DNA of 63,954 bases, the filler included, from Octopus bimaculoides (taxonomy: Eukaryota): assembly GCF_001194135.2 (NCBI RefSeq). It is 8 parts of 8 records of this genome, joined end to end, with 100 filler letters (N's around TTAATTAATTAA, not from the genome) between each part and the next. Parts side by side here need not be neighbours in the genome. Positions count along the whole stretch, not along the records: positions 61,511 to 63,954 come from NC_069003.1; 7 more parts are not named here. One strand, written 5' to 3'. Below the pieces are notes generated by a model, which was not told where the DNA came from, searched no databases, and was given only the letters and a program-made list of their open reading frames with translations. Positions within the stretch are counted from its first letter, which is position 1; every line of letters begins with the position of its first letter. Positions 63,580-63,954 of this stretch are shown here, piece after piece. The position numbers and the translations under genes were made by a program.

Positions 63580-63790
63580 GCACTCCGTCGGTTACGACGA
63601 CGAGGGTTCCAGTCGATCCGATCCGGTCAACGGAACAGCCTGCTCGGAAAATTAACGTACAAGTGGTTGAGTGCTCCACAGACACGCGTTAACTCTTAAC
63701 GAAGTTCTCCAGGGAGATTGAGCGTGACACAAAAAGTGACAAGGCTGGCCCTTTGGGATACAGTTTACTACCCATTTTTGCTGGGTGATA
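63580..63790 (-). mobile_element. SINE sharing its 3' half with family 4
   Basis: Reverse complement ...GCAGGCTGTTCCGTTGACCGGATC...GGAACCCTCGTCGTCGTAACCGACGGAGTGCC matches 51960-52020; upstream parts differ. Confidence 0.8.
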
Positions 63791-63804
63791 ACAATAGCAG
63801 CATA

Positions 63805-63805
63805 T

Positions 63806-63837
<32 letters not shown>

Positions 63838-63954
63838 GGCTGTGGTAGTAGTAGTCGTCGTAGTCGTCATCGTAGTAGTAGTGGTAGTAGTAGTAGTTGT
63901 GGTGGTGGCGGTGGTGGCGGTGGCAGTAGTAGTAGTTGTGGCGGTGGTGGCGGT
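63805..63954. repeat. (GTA)/(GTG)/(GCG) mixed trinucleotide repeat
   Basis: Direct reading. Confidence 0.9.

Overview
AT-rich, microsatellite-dense, gapped animal scaffold whose SINE, RTE, Gypsy and Penelope content points to a cephalopod, most likely Octopus (inference). Host genes: three + strand exons of SGF29/CCDC101 (49613-49688, a 51-nt in-frame extra exon 49865-49915, 51352-51424) and a tentative three-exon orphan gene on the - strand (19530 to 11877). The rest is mostly mobile DNA. The most striking structure is a Gypsy LTR retrotransposon (31757 to about 43948). Both its LTRs are interrupted at the same position, just downstream of the TATA box and in sense orientation, by two different Tx1/L1-clade LINEs. 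The first LINE has a 14/15 target-site duplication. This suggests a sequence-specific LINE that targets and may borrow the LTR promoter. The first LINE also holds a non-autonomous Helitron carrying a (TTAGGG)n tract. Other leads: near-identical inverted RTE fragments bracketing the SGF29 exons (circRNA/ADAR candidate), a triplicated splice donor, an apparently RT-less Penelope-like element with a split GIY-YIG domain, and degenerate hammerhead motifs. Most coding-exon, TSD, LTR-start and Helitron ends were counted from the sequence; other boundaries are approximate (tens of bp). No database searches were run.
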